The position numbers and the translations under genes were made by a program. This document shows positions 48,319 to 60,039 of a DNA stretch of 64,000 bases, in pieces (position 1 is the first letter of the stretch; the number at the start of each line of letters is the position of its first letter). This DNA comes from Centroscyllium fabricii (taxonomy: Eukaryota): assembly GCA_051313645.2 (NCBI GenBank), contig JBNRSN020000002.1:7812001-7876000 (forward strand), written 5' to 3'. The notes beneath the pieces were generated by a model. The model saw only the letters and a program-made list of their open reading frames with translations, was not told the DNA's origin and made no database searches.

Positions 48319-48869
48319 AGACTTGAAATGAGAAGGCTGAGGGGTGACCCAATACAGGTCTTTAAAATTATGAAAGGTTTTGATAGAGTGGATACAGAGA
48401 GAGAATGTTTCCACTTGTGGGGAAGTGCAAAACTAGAGGCCATCAATATAAGATAGTCACCAGGAAATCCAATGGGGAATTCAGAAGAAACTTCTTTACC
48501 CAGAGAGTGGTGAGAATGTGGAACTCGCTCCCACAGGGAGTGGTTGAGGCGAATAGTATCGATGCGTTTAAGGGGAGGCTGGACAAGCATGTGAGTGAGA
48601 AAGGAATCGAGGGTTACGCTGATAGAGTTAGATGGGAAAAGACAGGAGGAGGCTCGAGTGGAACATAAACGTCGGCATGGACTGGTTGGGAGGAATGGCC
48701 TGTTTCTGTGCCGCATATCCCATGTAATCTGGAATGCCCTGCCTGAAAGGGTGCTGGAAGCAGATTCAATAGGAAATGATAAGTGGTGGGTAACATTTGC
48801 GCTAAGAAGTGCCATGCAATGCCTATCTCCAACAAGTGAGAGTCTAACCAGCTCCTGTGGACATTCAAG

Positions 48870-49274
48870 GGGCGGCACGGTGGCATAGTGGTTAGCACTG
48901 TTGCCTCACAGCGCTACGGGCCCCGGTTCAAATCCGGCCTCGGGTGATTATCTGTGTGGAGTTTGCACATTCTCCCCGTGTCTGCGTGGGTTTCCTCCGG
49001 GTGCTCCGGTTTCCTCCCACAGTCCAAAGATGTGCGGGTTAGGTTGATTGGCCATGATAAATTGACCCTTAGTGTTAGGGGGATTGAATGTGTGGGGTTA
49101 CGGGGATGGGGTGGGATATGTGTCGGTGCAGGTTCGATAGGGATCGAGGGATATGGGGACAAGGCAGGTACAGGGTACTGGGTTTGGATGATCAGCCATG
49201 ATCTCATTGAATGGCGGAGCAGGCTCGAAGGGCCGAATGGCCGACTCCTGCTCCTATCTTCTATGTTTCTATGT
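48870..49274 (+). mobile_element. HE1-like V-SINE
   Basis: Full length. Confidence 0.92.
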
Positions 49275-49275
49275 T

Positions 49276-49960
49276 ACCATCGCCGAATCCACCACCATCA
49301 ACATCCTGGGGGAGTCACCATTGACCAGAAACTTAACTGGACCAGCCACATAAATACTGTGGCAACAAGAGCAGGTCAGAGGCTGGGTATTCTGTGGTGA
49401 GTGTCTCACCTCCTGACTCCCCAAAGCCTTTCCACCATCTACAAGGCACAAGTCAGGAGTGTGATGGAATACTCTCCACTTGCCTGGATGAGTGCAGCTC
49501 CAACAACACTCAAGAAGCTCGACACCATTCAGGATAAAGCAGGCCACTTGATTGGCACTCCATCCACCACCTCCAACATTCACTCTCTCCACCACCTGCG
49601 TACCGTGGCTGCAGTGTGTACCATCTACAAGATGCACTGCAGCAACTCGCCAAGGCTTCTTCGGCAGCACCTCCCAAGCCTAAGACCTCTACCACTTACA
49701 AGGACAAGGGTAGCAGGCGCATGGGAACAGCACCACCTCCAAGTCACACACCATCCTGACTTAGAAGTATATCGCCATTCCTTCATCGTCACTGGGCCAA
49801 AATTCTGGAACTCCCTCCCTAACAGCACTGTGGGAGTACCTTCACCACACGGACTGCAGCGGTTCAAGATGGCGGCTCACCACCACCTTCTCCAGGGCAA
49901 TTAGGGATGGGCAATAAATGCTGGCCTTGCCAGTGACGTCCACATCCCATGTACGAATTT
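49276..49960 (+). mobile_element. Second CR1/L2-group LINE 3' fragment
   Basis: ORF 49401-49904, near-identical to 21292-21800. Confidence 0.82.
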
Positions 49961-50339
49961 TTTTTTAAAGTTCAAAAATTGGATAATTACCTGAAAAGGA
50001 AAAATTGGGCGTGAAGACAGCAGGGGAATGGGACTAAGTGGGTAGCTATTTAAAGGTGTCCGCACTGGCACGATGGGTTAAATGGCCTCCTTCTGTGCTG
50101 TATGATTCTTTAAATACACTGCTGGGTATTACTGCAGTTCAAGTGATCATGGCATGTTATTTCACATCCCCGCCATCACAATTCTCTGAAAGCGTAGTGG
50201 TAAGATCAGTTTGCTGTGCCCTGCAATGTAACACAGGCTGTTCTGCCCATTTATAAAGCCCTGCTTGATGCCACCAACGCCAGACTGGGCCAATGCGTAT
50301 CTCCAAAACTGTGAGCGGGAGAACATTATGTGTCAAGAA

Positions 50340-50710
50340 GGGGGACCTGATTGAGGTGTACAAAATTATGAGGGGCACAGATAGGGTAGATAGAAAGGAA
50401 CTTTTTCCCTTGGTAGAGGGGTCAAAAACAAGGGGGCTTAGTTTCAAGGTAAGGGGCAGGAGGTTTAGAGGGGATTTGAGGAAGAACTTTTTCACCCAGA
50501 GGGTGGTTGGAATCTGGAACTCACTGCCTGAAAGGGTGGTAGAGGCAGGAACCCTCACAACATTCAAGAAACATTTAGATGAGCACTTGAAACACCATAG
50601 CATACAAGGCTATGGACCAAGTGCTGGAAAATAGGATTAGATTAGACAGGGCTTGATGGCCGGCGCGGACACGATGGGCCTCTTTCTGTGCTGTATAACT
50701 CTGTGACCAT
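50340..50710 (+). mobile_element. CR1 3' fragment
   Basis: GDLIEVYKIMRG..NFFTQRVVGIWNSLP. Confidence 0.85.
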
Positions 50711-51226
50711 GAAAAGGCAACCTTGCACTTTGCAGTTAGAACTTTCTAAGTGGTTTGTTTCTAATATGTATAGTTCAGCAACGGGCACAGGCACAAAATA
50801 CGACATCTGTGTTCTGTGGCTGACCTCAAATTTCTGATATTTAAACCTGGACGCTGAAGGGAAAGCAAGCAGAAATGTTCTCAAACATTAATCACTTTTT
50901 TAATGAACAAAAAAGTGTGAACCTTGTGCTCATAGAGGTGAAGGGTGTCAGTGCTGGGGAATGGAACATTTCAGCTACCCAGTGTCACCGTTTAGCACCC
51001 TCAGATCAGGTGCAGTGTGAGTTAGATGCAGAATAAAGCTTCCTCACCTCTACCACAGGGTGCCTCAGCCCTGACCTCAGAACAATGCCCCTAATTGTAT
51101 CAAGTGTGACTAGTTTGATGGAATCGTAGATAGAATCAGAGAAATTTACAGCACAGACAGAAGGAGGCCATTCGGCCCATCGTGTCCGTGCTGGCCGACA
51201 TAGAGCTAGCCAGCGTAATCTCACTA

Positions 51227-51627
51227 ACATAGAAACATAGAAACTAGGAGCAGGAGTAGGCCATTCGGCCCTTCGAGCCTGCTCCGCCATTCAATGAGAT
51301 CATGGCTGATCATCCAAATCCAGTACCCTGTCCCTGCCTTGTCCCCATATCCCTCGATTCCTATCGCGCCTGCACCGACACATAACCCACCCTATCCCCG
51401 TCACCCCACATATTCAATCCCCCTAACACTAAGGGTCAATTTATCATGGCCAATCAACCTAACCCGCACATCTTTGGACTGTGGGAGGAAACCGGAGCAC
51501 CCGGAGGAAACCCACGCAGGCACGGGGAGAATGTGCAAACTCCACACAGATAGTACCCTAGGCTGGATTTGAACCCGGGTCTCCAGTGCTGTGAGACAGC
51601 AGTGCTAACCACTGTGCCACCGTGCCG
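51227..51627 (-). mobile_element. HE1-like V-SINE
   Basis: Full length. Confidence 0.9.
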
Positions 51628-52071
51628 TTCCAGCACTTGGTCCGTAGTCTTGTAGCAGGGCGCAACAAAACCGCTTGCCCGCTCGATGATCGATGCTACG
51701 GGAACGGGAGGGGGGTGGATATCGCCCTGGAGGCGGGTGCGGATTGGCTGGGAGGGCCGGGCAGCGCGGCGGGGATTGGAGGAGACGGCGTGTCAATCAG
51801 GGGACGGGGCAGCAGTCGGGTTAGGTGGAGCGGGCTGGTGACACGCGGCAAGAGTGGGTTGGTGCCGTCGGCCCGCTGACGGGGTGAGAAAAAACCGGAG
51901 CGGCTGCTGGACGAAGGTAGCCGGGGAAAGAGAGTGAGGGAGCCCGCGGCCTGCGGAGGCTTCACAGAAAGTTTGGTAAATGAGGGAAGAATGTTCAGAG
52001 TAGTGAGAGAGACCCTGGCAGAGAGGGGCAGAAACCGGGGCCAATGCAACTAAAAGTACAATCACAATCTA

Positions 52072-52427
52072 TGGCCCTTCAAGCCTGCTCCGCCTTTCAA
52101 TGAGATCATCCAAACCCAGCACCCCACCCCTGCCCTCTCCCCATATCCCTCGATCCCTATCGAGCCTGCACCGACACATATCCCACCCTATCCCCGTAAC
52201 CCCACATATTCAATCCCCCTAACACTAAGGGTCAATTTATCCTGGCCAATCAACCTAACCCGCACATCTTTGGACTGTGGGAGGAAACCAGAGCACCCGG
52301 AGGAAACCCACGCAGACACGGGGAGAAAGTGCAAACTCCACACAGATAGTCACCCGAGGATGGATTTGAACCCGGGTCTCTAGCGCTGTGAGGCAACAGT
52401 GCTAACCGCTATGCCACCGTGCCGCCC
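52072..52427 (-). mobile_element. HE1-like V-SINE
   Basis: Head, V-domain and partial tail. Confidence 0.88.
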
Positions 52428-52698
52428 GATAACTAACAGATGATTGTCGTCCAATAAAACCTGTTGTGTTTTAATGAGCAACCAGTGAGCATGTCACCAC
52501 ACATTGACACAGTGCGCACAAGACAACAGTGGCAGCCAGGAAATTCAGATATTAAATCAGCTCTTGTTTTAAGAAACACAAGCTGCTTATGAGCTACTTG
52601 GAGTCTGAGCAGCATGCGAGGGCCTCAGTTTACTAAGGAATCTGTGAGTCTGTGGTAGGGGCTCTCTGTTCTTCTGAGGATTTTGGGTGCTTGAGCGT

Positions 52699-52770
52699 TC
52701 CTTGGTAGTGTAGTGGTCAGGAATCGGCGCTCTCACCGCCGCGGCCCAGGTTCGATTCCTGGTCAGGGAA
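52699..52770 (+). tRNA. tRNA-Glu(CTC), diverged, possibly a pseudogene
   Basis: TCCTTGGTAGTGTAGTGGTCAGGAATCGGCGCTCTCACCGCCGCGGCCCAGGTTCGATTCCTGGTCAGGGAA. The anticodon arm and T arm are intact, the D stem has mismatches, there is no CCA, and a T5 run lies at 52777-52781. Confidence 0.8.
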
Positions 52771-52786
52771 GCAACGTTTTTCTAGT

Positions 52787-53102
52787 AGCCTTGCTGTGGC
52801 TCAGCGGGTAGTTCTCTCGCTGCTGAATCAGAAGGTCGTGGGTTCAAGCCTCACGCCAGTGAATTAATCTAGGCTGATACTCCAGTGCCGTGCTGAGGGA
52901 GCGCTGCACTGTCCGGAGGTGCCGCCTTTCAGAGGGGACGTTAAACCGAGGCCCCGTCTACCCCCTCTGTCCACCTGAGGAAGGAGCAGCGCTCCGAAAG
53001 CTTGTGATTTAAAATAAAACCGTTGGACTATAATCTGGTGTTGTGTGACTTCTTACATTTACCCCCTCAGAGGTTGATGCAAAAGATCGCACGGCACTAC
53101 TT
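52787..53102 (+). mobile_element. DeuSINE hosting two PLE-derived insertions
   Basis: Head and Deu core, interrupted at 52968 and 53103. Confidence 0.75.
52972..53006 (+). ncRNA. Minimal type I hammerhead ribozyme motif in a 92-bp insert (52968-53059)
   Basis: CAC-CTGAGGA-A-GGAGC(AGC)GCTCC-GAAA-GC-TT-GTG. The insert is flanked by a TACCCCCTC duplication. Confidence 0.75.
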
Positions 53103-54648
53103 CAAAAGCAAAATACTGTGGATGCTGGAAATCTGAAATTTTAAAACAAATGCTGGAAACACTCAGCAGGTCAGGCAGCATCTGTGGAGAGAGAGTTAAC
53201 GTTTCAGGTCGATGACCCTGCGTCAGAACTGGAAAAAGCTGGAGATTGAACAGGTTTTTAAGCAAGTGCGGGGCAGGGAAAGGGGGGAGAGGAGGAAAGA
53301 ACAAAAAGGGAAGGTCTGTGATAGGATGGAAGGCAGGAGAGATTAAGAGACATTGAGAGATGGTGCAAGGCAAAAAGGAGATGGTAATGGGACAAGTTAA
53401 GACAATTTCCCTGGAGCCAACAGGCGGCTTTTTTGGCGGCTGGGGAGGGGAAAAAAAAAAATCGCTAAAACAGGGGTCCGCGACCCCTCCCGCCGGTTTC
53501 CCGCCAGCTTGTCAGTTTCACCCGGAGGATCCAATCGTCCCGCTTCAGTCCCACCCGGCATCGACGGGGACGGTCGTTAGGCTCATTAGGGACCCTTAAT
53601 TGGCATCTGTAATGCCATTTTAAGGGCCCACAGCTATTTTGAGCCTTTTCCCACGCAAAACCTGCCTGGTGGAAACACCGCCGTTGAAACCTGGTGGAGA
53701 CACATTTGGTTTGCTGACTTTCACCTTCAAGGCATTGAAGCACCTGTATCAGAATGGCTTCCTGGCCTCCAGCATGCTGGAGGTCTAAATGTCTCCCTAG
53801 TGTGCACAAGATTAGTGGGAAAAACCTTTCAAAAACTTACCTTCCAGCTGCTTCCTAGTGATTGACAGATAGGCATTCCCTAGCTGTCAGGAGCCTGCCA
53901 GTGCAACAAACCAGTTAGAGCTGTCAATCATCGAGTTGCGGTTAGTTTCTGTTGACAGTGGATTGTGATGTCACAATGCACTGAAACCACAGAAACAAAC
54001 AGACCAGACCACTGAGAGCTGTCAATCATCGACTTGCGGTTACATTCTGTTGACAGTGGATTGTCACATCACAATGCACGGAAACCACAGAAACAAACCG
54101 ACCAGGCCACTTAAAGCTGTCAATCATTGGCTCTACTGCTTACACAGTGGGAACCCCGCCGGCTTTCTATCTAAAATAAATCAATTGGCAGGGGCTTCCC
54201 ACACGCAGGGATTTAATTGGCCAATCGAGCCAAAATTGCGTGAGGCTCCCACACCCTTCATAAAGCGGGAAGAAAAAGTGATCAGCGGGGAACCCACCAA
54301 TTCCCCACACCTTGAGGAAAATCAACCCCAATGTCTCTTAATCTCTCCTGTCTTCCATCGAGACCCACCTTTTGTTTCTTAACTTGTCCCATTACCATCT
54401 CCTTTTGCCTCGCACCATCTCTTAATCTCATTTAATCTCTCCTGCCTTCCATCCTATCACAAACCTTCCCTTTTGTTCTTTCCCCCCTCCCCCCTTTCCC
54501 TGCCCCCGCACTTGCTTAAAAACCTGTTCAACCTCCAGCCTTTTCCAGTTCTGACGAAGGGTCATCGACCTGAAATGTTAACTCTGTTTCTCTCTCCACA
54601 GATGCTGCCTGACCTGCTGAGTGTTTCCAGCATTTTCTGTTTTTATTC
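53103..54648. mobile_element. Penelope-like composite with inverted ~290-bp pLTRs
   Basis: ~53135-53403 is the reverse complement of ~54375-54640, and each arm carries a hammerhead-like motif. A 13-bp duplication CACGGCACTACTT lies at 53090-53102 and 54649-54661. Confidence 0.75.
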
Positions 54649-54674
54649 CACGGCACTACTTAACAGCTGACATG

Positions 54675-55050
54675 TCACGCCGTGATTGTACAGTGGTTAG
54701 CACTGCTGCCTCGCAATAAGGAGCTCCTGGGTTCGAATCCTGCTTGGCCCCGGGACCTCTCTGCGTGGAGTTTGCATGTTCTCCCCGTGTTCGTGTGGGT
54801 TTCCTCCGGGTACTCCGGTTTCCTCCCACCACCCAAAGACATGCAGGTTAGGTGAATTGGAGATACTAAAAATTGCCTATGAGTATGTGTGTGAGATGTA
54901 GTTCTTAGAGTTGGGGTTGTCGGGGGATATGGGGAGAGGGTAGGAGGGGGATGCTGGGTTTGGATGATCAGCCATGATCTCATCAAAATGGCGGAGCAGG
55001 CTCGAAGGGCCGAATGGCCGACTCCTGCTCCTATCTTCTGTGTTTCTGTG
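54675..55050 (+). mobile_element. HE1-like V-SINE, variant subfamily
   Basis: Matches 37331-37707. Confidence 0.85.
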
Positions 55051-56404
55051 TTACTCTGCGTTGTGGCCGCAGCAACCTCGGTCCATATCCGAGTTGCAGC
55101 ACAGCTTGATTTATATTCCGGCACAGACCCGTTTGGGCCAAATGGCCTCCTTCTGTGTCGTAAACTTCTATAATTATATGATGAGATTTCTCAGCTCCCC
55201 AGATGTTTAGGCATCGTAGATCGTACTCGAACAAAACTGCAGTAAATGCAACTCCAAGGTCAGGCAAGGACCAGGGACACCACACCCAGTGAGACCAGGT
55301 GCTGCCCAAAATGAATGCCGAACGAGCCCCCCTGATCCGCTCTCACGCCGAACTCAAAACCTCGACTGCAGCTGGAGCCTGATCCTGTCAGTACCGTCAC
55401 TCAAATGTTGCAGGAACGGGTGAGAGATAAGCTGTAAGTATCTGCAAGGACTGTGCAATTTCTAATGTACCGTGCGTCCGGTAAGGTGCTATAATATTTT
55501 AGCTCATTCTGTTTATTAAAAAAAAAATCACATAATACAGACGATGACATGAGATTTCAATTCCCAATCAGTCCTACATCCACACAGACGTCTACTTCTG
55601 TTCCGACCCCAGCCCACCATTCACCTTCCTCTACTTTGCCGCACCGTTGATGGAATGTCCATGCACTCTTGGATTCACGCCTATCTCTCCAACATTTTTT
55701 AAAAAATCACACCTCAATCACCTTTCCTAACCCCTGCTCAGTATCCGATTCTGTGGTTGACTCTTAATGCCCTCTGAAATGGCCTAGCAAGCCACTCAGT
55801 TGTAAACAACCACTACGAAACCACTACGAAAAACAATCAGACTGCAGCGGTTCAAGAAGGTGGCTCACCACCATCTTCTCGAGGGCAATTAGGGATGGGC
55901 ACTAAAATGCAGGCCTAGCCAGCCAGCGACGCCCACATCCCATCAACGAATAAAAATAATAAAATTCTCCTCCCCAGCCCCACGTGAACTTCCTTGCTAC
56001 ATAAAACACGCTGTATACATAGGAACATGAGGAGGCCACTCAGCCCCTCAAGCCTGTTCAGCTGGAACATGGCTGCTCCTTACCTGAACTCCGATTACCC
56101 ACCTTGGCTCCATAACCCTTAATACCCTTGCCCAAAAATATCTGTCAATCTCAGTTTTGACATTTTCAATTGACCCCCACCCTCAACAGCCGTTTGGGGG
56201 CGGGGGTTTCAGATTTCCACTACCCTTTGTACAGTGGAATTAAAAGTTGGATTCCACAAGTAAATCCCACATTTATCTGCTTCTCCCTCGCTGGGCCCTA
56301 TTCTGATAACATAACAAGTTTGCAGGTTAAATGACCAACCTGGCTCCATACTAACAGAAACTTGCTCCAGTAGTTTCAGTAGAAGCACAGGAAGCATATC
56401 GACG

Positions 56405-57240
56405 GGTTGGTCAGATGGGCGGAGCAGTGTCAAATGGAATTTAACCCTGAAAAGTGTGAGGTGATATATTTTGGGAGGACTAACAAGGCAAGGGAATATA
56501 TAATGAATGGGAAGACCCTCGGAATGACAGAGGATCAGAGGGTCCTTGGTGTGCAGGTACATAGGTCCCTGAAGGCAGCAGGACAGGTGGATAAGGTGGT
56601 TAAAAAGGCATATGGGATACTTGCCTTCATTAGCCGAGGTATAGAATATAAGAGCAGGGAGGTTATGATGGAGCTGTACAGAACGCTGGTAAGGCCACTG
56701 CTGGAGTACTGTGTGCAGTTCTGGTCGCCACACTATAGGAAGGATGTGATAGCTTTGGAGAGGGTGCAGAGGAGATTCACCAGGATGTAACCTGGGCTGG
56801 AGCGCTTCAGCTATGAAGAAAGACTGGACAGGCTGGGGTTGTTTTCCTTGAAGCAGAGAAGGCTGAGGGGCAACTTGACTGAGGTGTACAAAATTATGAG
56901 GGGCATAGATAGGGTAGATAGAAAGGAACTTTTTCCCTTAGTAGAGGGGTCAATAACAAGGGGGCATAGTTGCAAGGTAAGAGGCGAGAGGTTTCGAGGG
57001 GATTTGAGGAAGAACTTTTTCACCCAGAGGGTGGTTGGAATCTGGAACTCACTGTCTGAAAGGGTGGTGGAGGCAGGAACCCTCACAACATTCAAGAAGC
57101 ATTTAGATGAGCACTTGAAATGCCATAGCATACAAGGCTACGGACCAAATGCTAGAAAATGGGATTAGAATAGACAGGACTTGATGGCCGGCGCAGACAT
57201 GATGGGCCGAAGGGCCTCTTTCTGTGCTGTATGACTCTGT
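56405..57240 (+). mobile_element. CR1 3' fragment
   Basis: ORFs 56407-56790 and 56839-57168 (WAEQCQMEFNPEKCEV..LEYCVQFW). Confidence 0.88.
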
Positions 57241-57605
57241 GGGCTAGAAATTTGGTGGCTTGCGCCAGCCGTTAGTGCCCTAAGAGGGCGTTAATGGGGC
57301 ACAAAACACGTAGCGCCTGCGCTGCCGCCTCCCGCGATATTCAGTGGGGCGCTGATGTTGGCGGTAGCTGGTCGCGCCCCACTGAATATTACACACTGTT
57401 CGCCGCCGGGGATGATGTTATAAGCGCGCGCAGCACCACTCTCGCGCCAGCGATTGCAATTGGGTAGCGCTGTGCCAAGGTTACCGCGAGAAAACGTGCG
57501 CGACCCAATTTATCCCCCATAGACTCCCTGAACAGGAGGAGGCCATTCAGCCCTTTCGAGTCTGTTCTGCTGTTCGATTAGATCATGGCTGATCTGTGTC
57601 TCATC

Positions 57606-59342
57606 CATAGAAACACAGAAGATAGGAGCAGGAGTCGGCCATTCGGCCCCTCGAACCTGCTCCGCCATTCAATGAGATCATGGCTGATCATCCAAACTCA
57701 GTACCATGTCCCTGCCTTCTCCCCATATCCCTTGATCCCTCTAGCCTTAAGAAATGCATCCAGCTCCTTCTTGAATATATTCAATGAACTGGCCTCCACC
57801 GCCCTCTGTGGCAGAGAATTCCACAGGTTCACCACTCTCTGAGTATAGAAATTCCTAATTTCTGTCCTAAATCAGTTACCCCTTATCCTTAGACTGTGAC
57901 CCCTGGTTCTGGACTCTCCGATCATCGGGAACATTCTTGCTGCATCAAGTTTGTCCAGACCAGTTAGAATTTTATACGTTTCGATGAGATAGACATAGAA
58001 ACATAGAAGATAGGAGCAGGAGTCGGCCATTCAGCCCTTCGAGCCTGCTCCGCCATTCAATGAGATCATGGCTGATCATCCAAACCCAGCACCCAGTCCC
58101 TGCCTTGTCCCCATATCCCTCGATCCCTATCGAGCCTGCACCGACACATATCCCACCCTATCCCCTCTCAATCTTCTGAACACCAGAGAGTACAAACCCA
58201 GTCTACCCAGTCTCTCCTCATATGTCATTCCTGGCATCCCAGGTATCAGCCTGGTGAATCTTCTCTGCACTCCCTCCATGGCAAGAACGTCCTTCCTTAG
58301 ATAAGGAGACCAAAACTGCACACAGTACTCAAGGTGTGGTCTCACCAAGGCCCTGTACAACTGCAGCAAGACCTCCCTGTTCCTGTACTCAAACCCTTTC
58401 GCTATGAAGGCCAACATACCATTTGCCTTCTTAACCGCCTGCTGCACCTGCATGCTCACCTTCAGTGACTGGTGCACAAGGACACCCAGGTCTCGTTGTA
58501 CTTCCCCTTCTCCCAATCTATTGCCATTCAGATAATAGTCGGCATTTCTGTTTTTGCCCCCAAAGTGGATAACCTCGCATTTATCCACATTATACTGCAT
58601 CTGCCACGTCTTAGCCCACTCGCCCAACCTGTCCAAATCATCCTGGAGCTTCCTGGTATCCTCCTCGCAGCACACACGCCCTCCCAGCTTTGTGTCATCT
58701 GCAAACTTGGAGACATTACATTTAGTTCCCTTTTCTAAATCATTAATGTATATTGTGAATAGCTGGGGTCCCAGGACTGATCCCTGCGGTACCTCACTAG
58801 TCACTGCCTGCCACTCGGAAAAAGACCCATTCACTCCCACTCTCTGCTTTCTGTCCGCCAACCAATTCTCAATCCAAGTCAATACCTTGCCCCCAATCCC
58901 ATGTGCCCTAACTTTACATGCTAATCTCTTGTGCGGGACCTTGTCGAATGCCTTCTGAAAGTCTAAGTACACCACATCTACTGGTTCTTCCCGATCAATT
59001 TTCCCAGTTACATCCTCAAAAAATTCCAGTAGATTAGTCGAGCACGATTTACCTTTCGTAAATCCATGTTGACTTTGTCCGATCCTGCCACTGATTTTCA
59101 AGTGCTCAGCTATTACATCCTTTATTATGGACTCCAGCATCTTCCCCACTTCTGATGTCAGGCTTACTGGTCTGTAATTTCCCGCTTTCTCCCTACCACC
59201 CTTTTTGAATAGTGGGGTAACATTAGCCACCCTCCAATCCATGGGTTCAACTCCAGATTCCATCGATTGCTGGAAGATAATCAGTAATGCATCCACTATT
59301 TCTAGGGCCACTTCCTTAAGTACCCTAGGATGTAGATTATCC
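57606..59342 (-). mobile_element. CR1/HER1 fragment, interrupted by an HE1 3' piece (57990-58165)
   Basis: ORF 58127-59311 contains the full RT core (YRPVSLTS, QHGF, PQGSVLGP, FADD). Confidence 0.9.
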
Positions 59343-59812
59343 CCATTGAACCCGTCTTTGATCCAGATCCCTCAATGTCCATACTTAACAAAAATCTGCC
59401 GCTCTCAGTCTTGAAAGCTCCAACTGTTGTCCAGCATCCACTGTCATTTGGGGAGAGAGTTCCAGATTTCCCTTTGTGTGAAAAGTGGTTCTTGATTACG
59501 CTTCTTAATGACCTAGCTCGAATTTTTAAATAATCCCTCCTTGTTCTGGACTCCCCCACCCGAGGAAATAGATTCTCCGTATATATGCTTTCAAAACCCG
59601 GTATCATTTTAAACACCTCGATTAGATCACCCTTCAAAAATCCAAACTCATGGGAGCACAAGTTAAGTTTATGCAACCTGTCCTCATAACTGAACCCTTC
59701 TAAGCCCTGGTATTATTCTAGAGAACCTGGCTGCACCCCCTCCAAGCGATTGATCATATCCCCGTTATCTCCCGCCATGTATGGTGGTGGCTGTACAGGC
59801 TGGCAGACTCAC

Positions 59813-60017
59813 CTGCTTCATGGCAGTCTCTCCGATTTTATCCGAGTGCTTGCGGATGCTCTCCAGGAAGTCCTTCAGATCAGACATGGAAACTTCCTTT
59901 ATCTCCTCTCGTAGTCTGGGGATATTCTCCACCATTATTGTGCAGAAGCGATAGGGGTTCACCCGAGGCAAGAACGTGTGCTCCATGTGCTCCATAGTCT
60001 TCAGTGCAGGATAGTGT
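59813..60017 (-). CDS. EXOC6B: Internal coding exon of exocyst complex component 6B (Sec15-like 2), 205 nt
   Basis: Translates (R)HYPALKTMEHMEHTFLPRVNPYRFCTIMVENIPRLREEIKEVSMSDLKDFLESIRKHSDKIGETAMKQ, recognisable as Sec15. RHYPALKT and EVSMSDLKDF resemble EXOC6B more than EXOC6 (from memory). Acceptor cccattag|A at 60018-60019 and donor CAG|gtgagt at 59812. No neighbouring exons were recognised in the window. Confidence 0.9.
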
Positions 60018-60039
60018 CTAATGGGAGAGGGTAAAAAGT

